From NCBI RefSeq assembly GCF_009914755.1, contig NC_060928.1: DNA of 64,000 nucleotides, one strand, 5' to 3'. The DNA is from the human T2T-CHM13v2.0 reference genome, Homo sapiens. The translations under genes and the position numbers were made by a program. The notes beneath the pieces were generated by a model. It did no database searches. It was not told the origin of the DNA and worked only from the letters and a program-made list of their open reading frames with translations. Positions 31,823 to 45,411 of the stretch are shown piece by piece. Numbering within the stretch: position 1 is the stretch's first letter; each line of letters starts with the position of its first letter.

Positions 31823-32802
31823 TGGAGGGGATGAAGAGAGGTTGCTGAATGGGTACAAACATACAGTTACATAGAAGGAATCAGTTCTAATATTTCATAA
31901 CAGAGTAGGGTAGCTATAAGTAACAACAACGTATTGTATCTTTCAAAATAACTAGAAGAGAGAACTTGAAATGTTCCCAACACATATAAATGATAAATAC
32001 TCGAGGCAATGGATACCCTAAGAACTCTGACTTGATAATTATACATTCAATGCACATAACAAAATATCACATGTATCTCATAAATGTGTACAAATATTAT
32101 GTATCAATAAATTTAAAAATTACATTTTTATATCAACCACATATGCACAAGCTAAGAAACATTTTTAAAAAGATTTTAGAATTTCTGACATCAGGCTGTA
32201 TCTTAGAATCAATGTATTTACAAAACAACATATGACAGTTTAAGTGGAAGCATCCTTTTTCTTAGTAATGAATAATTAATAGTCTATCTTATACTTGATG
32301 ACATCTTAGATCTAATGAAATAGGTATATGTTTAGAGAAATGAGATCATATGTTTAGAGAAATGCTATCTCACCCTACAGTGACTAGCTTTTTTCAAACT
32401 AATATGTTGTGAATATCTTTCTAAGTCAATAAATAGAGCTCTGCGTTGTTATTTTTCATTGGCAAAGAATATTGTTGTACCATAATTTATTCATCCCCTA
32501 ATTTGGTACAAGTATTTTATTTTCATTTTTTATAAAAACCATGGTTGGGATGGCTGTGCACGTGTGGGTGCAGGGATTATATGAAGACTGTACTTTCTAC
32601 TCAGTTTTTTGTGAATCTAAAACTACTCGAAAAAATAAATTTATTAAAAAGAAAAACAAGCCATTATAAACAATGCAAGTCCAACAAGTCACAAGTCACA
32701 TGGCCAACCTCATATTCAAGAGGTAGAGAAATAAACTTTACCTTGTGATTGGGAAACTACCAATTAACATTGCAAAGGAATGTGTATACATAAGAACAGA
32801 TG

Positions 32803-33176
32803 TGATATGGTTTGCTGTGTCCCCACCCAAATCTCATCTTGAATTGTAGTTCCCATAATCCCCACATGTGGTAGGAGGAACCTGATGGAAGGTAATTGAA
32901 TCATGGGGGTGGTTACCCTTATGCTCTTCTCATGAAAGTGAGTGAGTTCTCACAAGATCTGATGGTTTTATAAGGGGCTTTTCCCTCTTTGCTCGGCACT
33001 TCTCCTTTTTGATGCCCTGTGAAGAAGGATGTGTTTGCTTCTCCTTCTGCCATGATTGTAAGTTTCCTTAAGCCTCCACAGCTATGCGGAACTGTGAGTC
33101 AATTAAACCTCTTTCCTTTATAAATCTCCCAGTCTCGGGTAAGTCTTTCTCAGCAGCGTGAGAACAGACTAATACA
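32803..33176 (+). mobile_element. THE1-family MaLR solo LTR
   Basis: tgatatggtttgctgtgtccccacccaaatctcatcttgaattgtagttccc...cagactaataca. Confidence 0.9.
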
Positions 33177-35497
33177 ACATGGAATTTGTGGAAACTGTTT
33201 TTACAATCAACAACACTTGGGAAGATTTTAAACATGGAAGAGACGTGATCAGATCTGCATTATAGAAACAGTACCCTGGTGATTCTATACAGAATTAATG
33301 GGAAAGTAGCTTCACTGGACACAGAGAGGCTGTGAAGAAGCTCTTTCCACAACCCTCCCAGGCAGTGGGAGTCCAAGGAAAATGTGTGAGTAAGAATCTG
33401 AAAGGTAACAGCCAGAGGGGTAGAAGGAAAGCCACTTATGAAAAGTGAGGGGAGGGGAAAGGTTCATAGATGATTGAAATGTCAGAAATTATAAAGAAAA
33501 CCTTGGGCAGAAAGGTAGCTCTTGAAATTGGCAACAGGGAGGTTAATGACATCCCTTCTGGAATACTCTGAGAGTTGGGGGTGGTTGAGGAATTTAGAAG
33601 TTTAATGAATTAAAGGATTCCAGAATGTGCTAAATCTACATAGAAAGACTCCAGAGGTGCAAGGCTGCTTGTGGTTCCCCTCGACTGAGGAAGGTTAGTA
33701 TTGCAAATCCCCACAGTGGCTGTGTGCTTTCACGTGCAGGTGACCAGAACAGGGTGGACAAACAGACTCCACTGCAGATGAGGGAACCTGATGAAAGAAC
33801 ATGTCTCACCCAGGGAGCATTTTCCAGTAAGAAATTCCCTGTTTTTATCCTTGAGCAGTGAGTAGAAAGGTAATGAATAGGATCAGTGGTGACTACTCAG
33901 GGAAAGGTGTAGCCCTGCTCATCCTTCCACTCTCAAACCATCTTTCCCTCTTGCCCTCAGCCGCAGCTTCCTCCATGCCTGCTCTTCCACCACCCTCAGC
34001 ACACACTGCTTTCTGGCTGGCACACTCTTGTCTGGCAGTAAAATTTAGTGGTTGAATGAGGCTCTGGGCTGAATTACTGACCTTGAATTCTATTGCGACT
34101 CTTGTGAGTTGTGTGACCTAGGCCAGTGTGCTTAACATCTCCAGTCCTCAGCTTTCCTAAGCATAAAATAGTAAGTGCCTAGCTTGCCATAAGGATTCAG
34201 TAATTAGCTGCTATCAGTATTATTACTTTCTAAAGCTTGTACTGCCTTGTGGAGTTCCAATTTGAGACACAACGAGTAAGAATGAGAACAGGGCCTTCAT
34301 GGAGCTCCTGTTCTGGACTAGACTGTGAGGATTCCAGCTCTTTCTCCCTTTGGCTGTAAGCTTTTTTGTGCTTCACTTTTCTCATCTGTAAAATGGGAAT
34401 TACAGCAGTAACTTCCTTTGCTGGGTTGCTGTGAGGGCTGAATAAGAATTAGTAAAACCTAGGCTTATCTCCAAGGGGCAGGAAATCTGCAATCACAGTT
34501 AGTTAAATCTGATAGATGTTTACATCTCTTTCATGTAAAAGCCCAAAGGCCAATTGTCTGGGGCCTGTAGGACAGCTCTGCTCTGTAGGATCCTCAGAGT
34601 CCTGGCTGCCTTCCTTATCACTAAAAATCATCCTTTAATTTTCGTGGTCCAAGATGGCTCTCCAGTCATCTAACCAATGCTCCAAGTAATGGAAGGGAGG
34701 AAAAGCATGACAAAGAACTGAAGAGTAACTAACTTTGCACTGTCTTTTAAGGAAGTTTCCAGAAAGCAGCCATAGGACACCTGTAGTAATACCTCATTGA
34801 CTAGAAATTAGTCATGTGACTTTATCAGTCAGAGAAGAGGTAAGAAAATGAAAGTTTTATTCTGTCCAGCCATGAACCACCTAAAAATGCTATTCCTTTA
34901 GATGAAGGTAAGAATGAGTGCTGGAGAGACAGCTACTTTGCTGAGACACGTTTACCATTTAGTCCTTGGCACACAGTAAGTGTATAACCAACGTCCATTA
35001 CCATCATCATTATCATCATTATCCATCTACACACACTTGCTCATATGAAGACCATGTGGCTTCCTCAGAAGAAAGTCTCTCAGCTCTAAAGTTCCTGGGA
35101 TTTCACTGTTTGGGTCCACAATTATTGTGTTTGAAAGGCTAGGTGTATTCTCCAGGACATCCCTCCTAAGGCTTCTCCCATGTGTTTAAAAATTATCTGA
35201 AGAAGATAGATAAAATTGTTATTTCTGTAAATTAAGACATACACTCTTTAAAATGCTTTGGGATGGAAATATTTGTGGTCTTTTTGGTTTAAAATACAGT
35301 CTAGTCTCCTAATTGAATAGAAAGATCAGTACATAGTTTAAAAAAATACCTGAAGGGAAGATATTTTACCTGAATAAATTACGTATGAAAGAAAAAAAAG
35401 TTGGTAGAATGAAATGGAAAGCTGCATAAATAATAGAGTGTTTGAAAATGGGATTTTCCTCTTAACTCAAGTAAGACATTCTGTTCATGAACTATCA

Positions 35498-35935
<438 letters not shown>

Positions 35936-36240
35936 CTAATTTATATTTAAAGAAACCATAGAAAGTGACTGACTCATCAGAAATAATCTCAAGAAATGGG
36001 AAAATTCAGTTAATACTATTGAAACACTACTAAGATGATTCCAGGAAACGTGGTTTATACAATAGAATAAAACGTCTTATATGCTGTAGGATAAGAAAAC
36101 TGACTGTTTTTTGGTTTTTAAAGTGGTGTAATAATTAACTGTATTTAATTCTGTTCTTTTCATAAATTCATGACTAAATAAATATTAATATACCAAATAA
36201 TAAATGAATATATCTTCTCTTTCAATGTTTCTTAAAGAGA

Positions 36241-37505
36241 TTTTTATTTGTTTTGTTTTTTTCTGAGAGGTTTTTTATTCACAAGTGGAACAACAACCTA
36301 TCCAAAGGGAACTGATGATCTATTGGTTCTTAGTGCTAACAATGAGTTTAGGATGGCAGCAACTGTTATATCTAAAATATGCAACAGATAAAATTCCCAA
36401 AGATCCATGCAAAAAGCTCTACTATGCAGATGACCACAGAAATGCAACATTTGACACTTTTACTGGCAATGTCAATGAGACTCCAGATGTTCCCAAACTC
36501 TGCTACTCTACTTGACCCTCATTTTTGCCTTTGTATTTTGCTTTTCCAATTTTACTAATGACACAAACATGATTCAAATCCTTAAAGTATTAATTATAGT
36601 CAAGGACATATCCTACAACAAATTGGTCTGGAATTTCACATCCATCTCTGTCTGGTCTGTACCCAAAAGTTCTGGTGCATATCCATCTGGCAATGTTGAT
36701 CATCTTTGGATTATACTGCTTGGTCAAGGAAGGCCAGGTTTGCATTGTTTTGTCAGGGTAAATTGTATCTTTTTCAATCAAGACATTCTTCTCATTCCCA
36801 TCGAGATTGAGGATAGTGAAAATAAAGTAATTTTTTTAAAAAGATATTCTTTCCAGTTAAAGTTGTAAAATCATCTTCCTAAATTACTTTTCTGCCCGAA
36901 TTGACTGGCCATTACAGTAACTGTTTGATCTGATAAAATCTGCAGTCATAGAATGGATATGTCCTTATTTCTGCTAAGTGCTTTGCTATTCAGCAAATCA
37001 GCAAAGAATTTATGGTCTCTTGGCATGTGCAGAGGGCTGCAATCTGATTGCCTCCTACCTCCACAGAATTTCAAGAACAAGCCATTTTGTCCCATCTGTG
37101 ATTAATCCATGAGGAATAAATATCTTTTCTAAATCCTCAAAATAATGATTAGATATAGAAAACCAGCTGGGTGTGGTGGCTCATGCCTGTAATCCTAGCA
37201 CTTGGGAGGCTGAGGTGGGAGGATCACCCAAGGTCAGGAGTTCAAAACCATCCTGGCCAACATGGTGAAACCCTGTCTCTACTAAAAATACAAAAATTAG
37301 CCAGGTGTGGTGGTGGGCACCTGTAATCCCAGCTACTCAGGAGGTTGAGGCAGGAGAATTGCTTGAACCCAGGAGGCAGAGGTTGCAATGAGCCGAGATC
37401 GTGCCACTACACTCCAGCCTGGTCAATAGAGTGACACCTGTCTTAAAAAAAAAAAAAGAAAACCAATCTAGGTCATAACCATGATGTGGAGCTGTGGGCC
37501 ACCAT
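36241..37505 (-). pseudogene. HPRT1P1: Processed HPRT1 pseudogene
   Basis: Minus strand reads ATGGTGGCCCACAGC (CAT at 37503-37505), then degenerate intronless HPRT1 CDS (KTMQT..SL.KQYNPKM...GY.PD..G.EIPD.FVVGY.LDYN), ~250 nt of HPRT1-like 3'UTR and an A-rich tail at 36241-36262. Frameshifts present. Symbol assigned from the remembered location next to CD38. Confidence 0.9.
37166..37456 (+). mobile_element. AluS element inserted in the HPRT1 pseudogene
   Basis: TSD AGAAAACCA at 37157-37165 and 37457-37465; HPRT1 homology resumes on both sides. Confidence 0.9.
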
Positions 37506-39256
37506 GATAAAACTGGCTAAAAGGAGGAGCATGAAAGGGTACCTTAAACTAGGTGTTTGAAATTCCCATGTTTTAAACACTGGTTGGATGACCAGACCAT
37601 CTCACAGCAGCCCATGTAACCCCTTGACTAGAGTTGTCTGGTGGAAGGAGCACTGGCCTTGAATAGACAATGGCCTACTTGTCCCAGTTTGAGCCCCCAG
37701 AACTGTCCCAGTTTTAGCACTGAAAGTCTCACATCTGGGAAACCCTCACGGTTTCAGGCAAGTGAGATGACTTGTCATCCTTACTTGGAGTCAGAGCCAT
37801 AACCTAGTTGTGGGATTTTGAGCACATCACTTCGTTTCTCAGAGTTTGTTTCCTCATGCATAAAATAGAAAAAGTGGCACCTCTGTCCCAGGCCTATGGT
37901 GGAGATCTCAGGTGAAAATGGTGCCTGGGACTCAGGAGGAGCTCAAGAACTCATGGTTAAATTTACATTTATTATTGGCTTCTAGTATCAAGGCAATAAT
38001 CCCTCCCAGTGACTGTAATGGTCTGCTACTCAGTGAAATGGGATCCTCCACCCCTCAGATATTTGCTAACTCAAGGACGCATTTTCCTTAATTAACAAAA
38101 GAAAATTCTGAGCCTTGGTAGATTAAGCTATGACCCAAGCTGAGCCCTGACATCTGATTATGCTGGTAAATGTATCTTGTGTTTGGTTTCAAGGCTGTAG
38201 TATATCTTTGAGTTTTCGAAGTATTCAATGTCATATCAGGGAGATTTATAAGACAAATCATTAATGTTTAATTTCATTTGCAGAAAACCATGTTTTTGAG
38301 TTATAACATGGGTGTCACCTGATTTCCTTGAAAATCAGGAGAAGCAAAGGCCAAGTTTCAACTTGAAAAAGGGATCTAGGCTTTTCCATTTTCTGTGTTA
38401 TTAAAGCACTGACCTGGGCTCATGAAAGACATATAACCTGGAAGCTCGTTACTAGATGTCCTGCAAATATTACAGATTGATATGGAAGGGCAATTGGTCA
38501 GTTTTTCTGCATGGTGTTTTAAAATTTCATTTCTTTGCTGAAGACTAATGATTATTTTTCAGCAAAAGCCAGGCAGCAGGAGGCAGCAAGTATTGCTGAG
38601 CAAGTGAGCCAAGTGAATGGGGTTTGGATATAAGAGCATTCTGGAAAGTTATGAATGCCACACAAAGGCAAGCTCTTATCTGATTTCTTCAAATCCAAGA
38701 AGCCCATTCATTTTATATGATCCCATTTCAAAAACTGGGAGTGTCTTAAAATTGATGTGATTATTTTCTGTTTTTTTTTCTTCTGAAAAACTTTTATTGA
38801 TGACACATCTGGCAATGAAAGGTCACTTACAGTAGAGGAAATATGTTATTCTAAATTCTGATATCCTACTGCTTCCCACAGTCCGGGGTGCTGAGAAAAC
38901 ATGGTGAGGACTGTAGACCTAGCTTCAAATCCCAGCTCTTGTGTTTATGATCAAGAACCACACAGAAGTTACATTGTGTCTACACCTCCGAGAGCTCACA
39001 TGTAAAATGGAATTAATAATGACATTTACTTCATAGAGATGTTGTGGATATTAAATGGCCTGGTATACTTATTGCAATTAATGCAATATCTGACATGGGG
39101 GAAGGATGCAATAAATAGTCATTATTATTAGGAGAAATTAGAAAAACACTACATAAGATGTAAAGAAATGTTATGGTGGTCTCTAGTTTTGTTTCTATAT
39201 TATCCAAGGTTCCTGGTCATACAGGGCATATTTTTCCAGTGACAAGAGGCTTGGAT

Positions 39257-39830
39257 TTATATATTTAATAAATATAATAATATAATATATTTATATTGTA
39301 TTTATATATTATATAATACATATATAACATAATATAATATATATTATATTATATTTATATATAATATATATTATATTATATTTATATATAATATATATTA
39401 TATTATATTTATATATAATATATATTATATTTATATATAATATATATTATATTTATATATAATATATGTTATATTTATATATAATATATATTATATTTAT
39501 ATATAATATATATTATATTTATATATAATATATATTATATTTATATATAATATATGTTATATTTATATATAATATATATTATATTTATATATAATATATA
39601 TTATATTTATATATAATATATATTATATTTATATATAATATATATTATATTTATATATAATATATATTATATTTATATATAATATATATTATATTTATAT
39701 ATAATATATATTATATTTATATATAATATATATTATATTTATATATAATATATATTATATTTATATATAATATATATTATATTATATTTATATATAATAT
39801 ATATATAAGATATAATATATAAAAATATAC
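39257..39830. repeat. AT-only minisatellite, ~22-bp unit TATATTTATATATAATATATAT
   Basis: About 20 near-perfect units in the core with degenerate edges; almost no G/C. Confidence 0.95.
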
Positions 39831-39851
39831 ATACATACATGGAGGGTTGGT

Positions 39852-39932
39852 GCAGTGAGGATGCAGTGTGCTGAGACTACACCACTGTACTCCAGCCTGG
39901 TGACAGAGCGAGACTCTCAAAAAAAAAAAAAA
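39852..39932 (+). mobile_element. Alu 3'-terminal fragment with poly(A)
   Basis: gcagtg...ccactgtactccagcctggtgacagagcgagactctc, then A15. Confidence 0.8.
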
Positions 39933-39934
39933 TG

Positions 39935-40257
39935 TTGAAAACAGTTCTTAAGCACTGAGTCTGCCTCTGGGTGGGGCCATAGGACCGGTTGAGTCATGAA
40001 TCCTGGGTCTGGATGGAGTCCGTTGGTGCCCAGAATGAAAAAGTCTGACAAACACCTCAAAAGACCAATCTTAAGTTCTACAATAGTGATGTTATCTATA
40101 GAAGCAATTGGGGAAGTCATAAATCTTGTGCCCTCTGGCTTTATGACTCCAGAGCAGCAAGAGATTAAAAAAGGTAAGACAGGGAACAATGTCTGGTTAT
40201 CATTTAGCTACATCTACATTTTAGGAGGATCCATGTCCCTCTTATAATACTAATCTT
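39935..40257 (-). mobile_element. ERV1 LTR fragment (LTR8/LTR26/MER4-group-like)
   Basis: aaaagaccaatcttaagttctacaatagtgatgttatctatagaagcaattgggga is typical of this group; subfamily not resolved. Confidence 0.6.
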
Positions 40258-40259
40258 GT

Positions 40260-40457
40260 GGATCCTCCTCTTACTTTTGGGAACACCCTACTCTGTCTAT
40301 GGAGTAGCTGTTCTTTCACCACTTTATTTTCTTAATAAATTTGCTTTTGCTTTGCACTGTAGACTCGCCCTGAGTTCTTTCTTGTGCGAGATCCAAGGAC
40401 CCTCTCTTGGAGTCTGGATCAGGACCTCTTTCCTGTAACAGTTTGGTAACCATGAAG
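40260..40457 (+). mobile_element. MER41-type LTR 3' portion followed by a degenerate PBS
   Basis: ctatggagtagc...ttaataaa...gcgagatccaaggaccctctcttggagtctggatcaggacctctttcctgtaaca, then tggtaaccatgaag. Confidence 0.7.
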
Positions 40458-41804
40458 TGAATGACTGAGAAGGTAGAGGCCTGCTCTAGGTTGAAAGTCC
40501 TCTCCTTTGGCCTTGCTCCAAGCAGAGGCTCCTTCTCTTTGTTGTCTTTTTTAAATGAGATCAAAGTGCTCATCTTCAAATGATAAGATGCATACATTCG
40601 CCAATTAGACAATACCAGACTGACAAGAAAGACATGATTTCTAGACGCCCGGGGAAAATTCTAGTTCCCCTTGGAGTGTGCCCTGGAAACTACCTAGGCT
40701 TCCCCTACCCACATTTACATTTTTGTTTCTTAATTTTGTTCTCACTGTAGCACTTTAACAAATATTTATGAAACTTACTAATCAATCACTTTAGCAAGAG
40801 TTTCCATTTTCCATTCCTGGTTGTCCCCATGCTAAATATTGTGAGTTGTCACTTAGCAACAGAAAAATAACCACCCTTTGATAACACTAATGGGAATAAT
40901 TGACATTTTCTTGGTGATTCTCTGGATGTTTAGGATGATAAAAGATCCCAAAGGCTGTGTCATACCTCAGCAACTGAGTCCAAGTGCACATTTGGATGGT
41001 TCTCACAGCGCAAAGCAGAGTGTGTATTTGGTAGGTTTCCAGTTAATTTGATTAATTAACTAGCCAACACAGAAATCTGGCTTTTAAGCAAGTCCTCCAA
41101 CCAAGTGTTTACTAATTTTAAAGGTGATATTGTATTCTCCATCTGCTTTACTTCTTTGTCTATTTCTCAACCTAAAGCCCTTAAAACATTCTCGTTAGAA
41201 GACGTTGGGGAACTTCAGAGAAGCCCAAAAAAGAAATAGCATCCATACTTTCACCACCCAAGTGCCATTGTTTATGTTTCTTTCTGATCATTTTTCTTTT
41301 TAGAATAAAGCAAAACAAACAAAACAAGTAAACTTTTTTCTTTTGTATAAACTAGCTGCTTACCACAAAATATTGTGAAAAATCTAGAAATACATAATAA
41401 TGAAAATAAAACTCACCTGTAAACTTACGCTTGTTGATCCTTAGTAGTTTTTCTACGAATTTTATTAGTCTTAAATAATTGAGTACATATCATATACATA
41501 ATTTTCGGGCTTCATTTTTTCCCCTCAGTTTTTATTTTTATCAGATTTAATAGATGTACACAGAATTAAATTGTTTTTTAAAAACTTCGAAAAAAATCAA
41601 TCTCTTTACGTCACAAACCCAGCTTCCCTCCTCATCAGAAACAATCTTCCACCCTTTTTCTGTGTCTTACAATAGATAATATTTCAGATTTGATGAATTA
41701 AGGTATTTATCAAGAAATATACTCTTGACTAGATGCTTACTGTAGTGTTTTTTTCTTTTTTTTGAAAACTTAGAAATACTACCATAGGTCAAATAGATTA
41801 ATGG

Positions 41805-42364
41805 TGATATAGGAGTTAAAGAGAAATTACTTACGCAGATATTGAGGGTACAGAAGTCCTTGGCAAGGTTTTCCTTTTAATGAAAAGCAGCCCCAAATAA
41901 CTTTCCTTTCTAATAAAGAGCAGTCTGTAAAATCGAGCTGCAGACATGGATGCCAGTACTTGTGCCAATCATGTCCAAAATGGCGGTTCCATCTTCCCTT
42001 CTGTTTGTCAGCCACGTGTATAGTAAGAAGCAGACAAGATGGCGCTAGTCGAGTGGAAAGCTCATTTGCATAATAAGATTAGGATTGGATGGCCATCCTT
42101 CCCCGCATGCTATGTAAACATCACACCTGCAGTCTGTGGGCTATAGGTAAATCAGACACTGCCTCCTCAAGCCTGCCTGTAAAATCCGGCGCATCCGCTG
42201 CTGGCTGGTCTTTTCCTTTAGGAAGCCCCTCTCAGCTGTTCTTTCTCTTTCTTCTGCCTATTAAACCTCCACTCCTAAACTCCTTGTATGTTTCCATGTC
42301 CTAAATTTTATTGGCACAAGACAAGAAGCCCCGGGTATTTACCCCAGATGAGGAAGTCATGTCG
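41805..42364 (+). mobile_element. ERV1 solo LTR (LTR9-like)
   Basis: tgatataggagttaaagagaaattacttacgcagatattgagggtac...ctattaaacctcc...ggtatttaccccaga. Confidence 0.7.
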
Positions 42365-42857
42365 ATAGAACATGATAGCCTTCTGTTAGAAGGTTCACTT
42401 ATACAGTAGTAAAAATTAGCTTTAGGAAGAGTTCCCAATAATTTGGAAAAAATATTAGGTTAGTCCTTTCTTTCTATCTCTTTCTTTTCTTTCTCTTTCT
42501 CCTTCCTTCCTTCTTTCCTTTTCTTTTCTTCTTTATTTCAGCAGTCAGCACTCTAACTTTTGCTGATTAGAATAAAGCAAAACAAATAAGTAATCATTTT
42601 TCTTCTGTATAAATTAGCTGCTTACTGCAAAATATTTTTTTCACCTACTTTTGCTGACTTCCAAAACAACACAAAAAAGAATAATCAAGACATATGTAGA
42701 AAGATATAAACCTTTCAGGATAAAGACTTTATGAGAAGAGTTAGTTAATGGAGCTACATTTTGGCAAGTGGAAGGTGCTGGTTGAGTGGACTTAAATCTA
42801 GAAAGCTAAATTAAGGCTAGCACTGAGAAGACCAAAATAGCCTGGTTTTATGTTACT

Positions 42858-43222
42858 TGTTGTGAGATGAGTTGCATTTTCCCAAAATTTATACCCTGAT
42901 GTCCTAACCCCAGTACCTCAGAATGTGACTATAAAGAGGTAATTAAATTAAAATGAGGTCATTAAGGTGGACCCTATTTCAATTTTACTGGTGTGCTTAG
43001 AAGAAGAGGAGATTAGGACAGACTCCAACAGAGGAAAGACCACGTGAAGACACAGGGAGAAGGCGCCGTCTACAAGCTAAGGAGAGAAGCCTCAGAATGA
43101 AGCCAACCCTATGGACATCTTGATCTTGGACATCCGGCCTCCAGAATTGTAAGCAAAGTTTCTGTTGTTTTAGCCACCCAGTCTGTGGTACTTTGATATG
43201 ACAGCCCTAGCAAACTAGCACA
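42858..43222 (+). mobile_element. MLT1A/B MaLR LTR
   Basis: gtcctaaccccagtacctcagaatgtgact...gccacccagtctgtggtactttg...gccctagcaaacta. Confidence 0.8.
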
Positions 43223-43754
43223 CTGCAATCCTTCAAAAGGAGTTGATGAAAACAAATACCTCTGGAAGGAAAAGGAGAGTGGTGTGTTAGACCAGAGGAC
43301 TCCTTAAAGGCCTGATTAAGAATCTATTGATGTTCCCACTGATTCTTCATCCCCAGAGATTGTTGAGGTTTATTTTCTTCTGAGGATAATGTAGAAAGAA
43401 TCTGTCGACCAGGGCAACAGTCAGATGAGAGAATAAGGTGCAAGACCAAAACAAAACAAAGAATCAAGTAAAATTTACATTCTGAATGCTGAGACATTGC
43501 TCCCAGCCTTCTTTCTTCACTCAGTCTCCAGGATATTGAAGCATGGATTTCAGAATATTGAAATCTTCAGGAGAGATTTGAAGAATTGTCTCTAGTGAAT
43601 TGAACCAGCCCAAGACATCAGAGGTTCCCTTGATGAAATAGTCCAGTCAGATCACCATATAATGAAGCCCACATTCAATAAGCCCCCTCATTTTTGCCCT
43701 TTGTGCCAACTTCCAATTGGTGTTTCAATGCCTCATTGTATAATATGAGCAGTT

Positions 43755-44130
43755 GTGGCAGACTATGGTATTATTCACGAATACTCTGTGTCCCTCCCTG
43801 AGAAAGGAGTATAATCCCCACCATATGGACTCAGACACAGCCATGTGACCTGATGTGGCTAATTTAGGTGTGAAGGGAAGTCTTGTGTGTCACTTCTGGA
43901 AAGAAGCTTTAAAAGCCAGGGCATGCTCTCTTTTCCCTGCCTCTTTGAGCAAACATACATGAGACAGTATGAAATAGACAGGAGCTTGGGGCTTGAAGAG
44001 TGAAGGTGATGAGACCAATTCTCTGGCCAATTCATGAAGGACACATACCATGACCAAAAAATGAACATGGTTATTTTACACTACTGAAATTTCTACCCTC
44101 TTTGCGACTGCAACATGATCTAATTATTCT
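43755..44130 (+). mobile_element. Ancient MLT1 (J/K-like) LTR
   Basis: tgtggcagac...gccatgtgacc...gtgtcacttctggaaagaagctttaa...ctactgaaatt. Confidence 0.55.
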
Positions 44131-44139
44131 GATGGATAA

Positions 44140-45095
<956 letters not shown>

Positions 45096-45099
45096 AATG

Positions 45100-45379
45100 G
45101 GGCTGGGTATGATGGCCCACGCCTGTAATCCCAGCACTCTGGGAAGTCGAGAAGGGCAGATCACTTAAGCTCAGGAGTTCAAGACCACTCTGGGCAACAT
45201 GGCGAAACCCCGTCTCTACAAAATACAAAAATTAGCCGGGTGTGGTGGTTTATACTTGTAGTACCAGCTACTCAGAAAGCTGAGGTGAGAGGATGGTTTG
45301 AACCCAGGAGGCACAGGTTATGCTGAGCCAAGATGGCACCACTGCACTCCAGATTGGACAATAGAGCCAGACCATGTCA

Positions 45380-45402
<23 letters not shown>
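45100..45402 (+). mobile_element. AluJ/S element
   Basis: Diverged dimer with an A24 tail, flanked by AGAATGG. Confidence 0.85.

Positions 45403-45411
<9 letters not shown>

Noticed and set aside
32326-32364. 17-bp direct repeat ATATGTTTAGAGAAATG with 22-bp period; also small duplications at 46234-46256 and 62731-62788
   Set aside because: Ordinary two-copy slippage duplications; no array or CRISPR-like spacer structure.
36255-36282. Minus-strand AATAAAAAACCTCTCAGAAAAAA resembles the L1 tail tag AATAAAAAACAACTCTCAGAAGCAAAA
   Set aside because: The match is short, gapped and mostly A-rich. This sequence is explained as the end of the HPRT1 retrocopy and has no adjacent L1 to act as donor, so it is treated as coincidence.
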